Below are positions 63,785 to 64,000 of a DNA stretch of 64,000 nt, in pieces. Within the stretch, counting starts at the first letter, position 1. Every line of letters starts with the position of its first letter. The notes beneath the pieces were generated by a model. The model was not told where the DNA came from and made no database searches. It saw only the letters and a list, made by a program, of their open reading frames with translations. The DNA is from Mobula hypostoma. Taxonomy: Eukaryota. Made by a program: the position numbers and the translations under genes. The stretch covers positions 80,850,001-80,914,000 of the forward strand of contig NC_086097.1 in the NCBI RefSeq assembly GCF_963921235.1, read 5' to 3'.

Positions 63785-64000
63785 CCACAAGAGGCTCTGC
63801 AGATGCTGGAAATCTTGAGCAACACAGAATTCTGAAGGAACTGTGCAAGTCAGGCAGCACCTATGGAGAGGAATAAACATTCAACTTTTTGGGTGAGACC
63901 CTTTATCAAGAAAAGAAAGGAAGAGGGTAGAAGCCAGAATAAGAAGGTGGGGGAGGAGAAGGTGTACAAGCTAATCTGTGATGGGCAAGACCAGGTGGAG
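63785..64000 (-). mobile_element. PLE 3' terminus running off the window edge
   Basis: CTGCAGATGCTGGAAATC extension, a decayed hammerhead, and a purine-rich tract. Confidence 0.8.

Overview
Eukaryotic, vertebrate, repeat-rich intronic DNA. The repeat repertoire (CR1, Rex1/Babar-L2, Penelope-like, V-domain and CORE-type SINEs) suggests a cartilaginous fish, probably a ray; this is an inference. The only host gene I can support is FUT8 (alpha-1,6-fucosyltransferase) on the minus strand. Three internal coding exons are present: 29598-29352 (247 nt), 21300-21124 (177 nt) and 14194-14044 (151 nt). All have canonical AG/GT ends and splice in frame, and together they encode the catalytic HVRRTDK..E region. 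I did not find the upstream exons or the final SH3 exon, so they probably lie outside the window. The rest is intron filled with transposons, and nearly all ORF-track ORFs are TE remnants or noise. The most notable structures are five. (1) A dispersed family of Penelope-like element (PLE) termini carries a minimal type-I hammerhead ribozyme with visible covariation. (2) These PLE ends repeatedly insert as tiny two-armed inverted cassettes with 12-15 bp target-site duplications (TSDs). (3) A four-level nest (LINE > hAT MITE > hAT MITE > solo LTR) has an empty-site copy elsewhere in the window. (4) A Harbinger deletion derivative retains a coiled-coil coding exon. (5) A 111-bp palindrome is made of two LINE 3' tails. 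There is no CRISPR array or prokaryotic system. The hammerhead/PLE association is known biology in general, so I do not claim a wholly new system. Most TE boundaries without a TSD are approximate.
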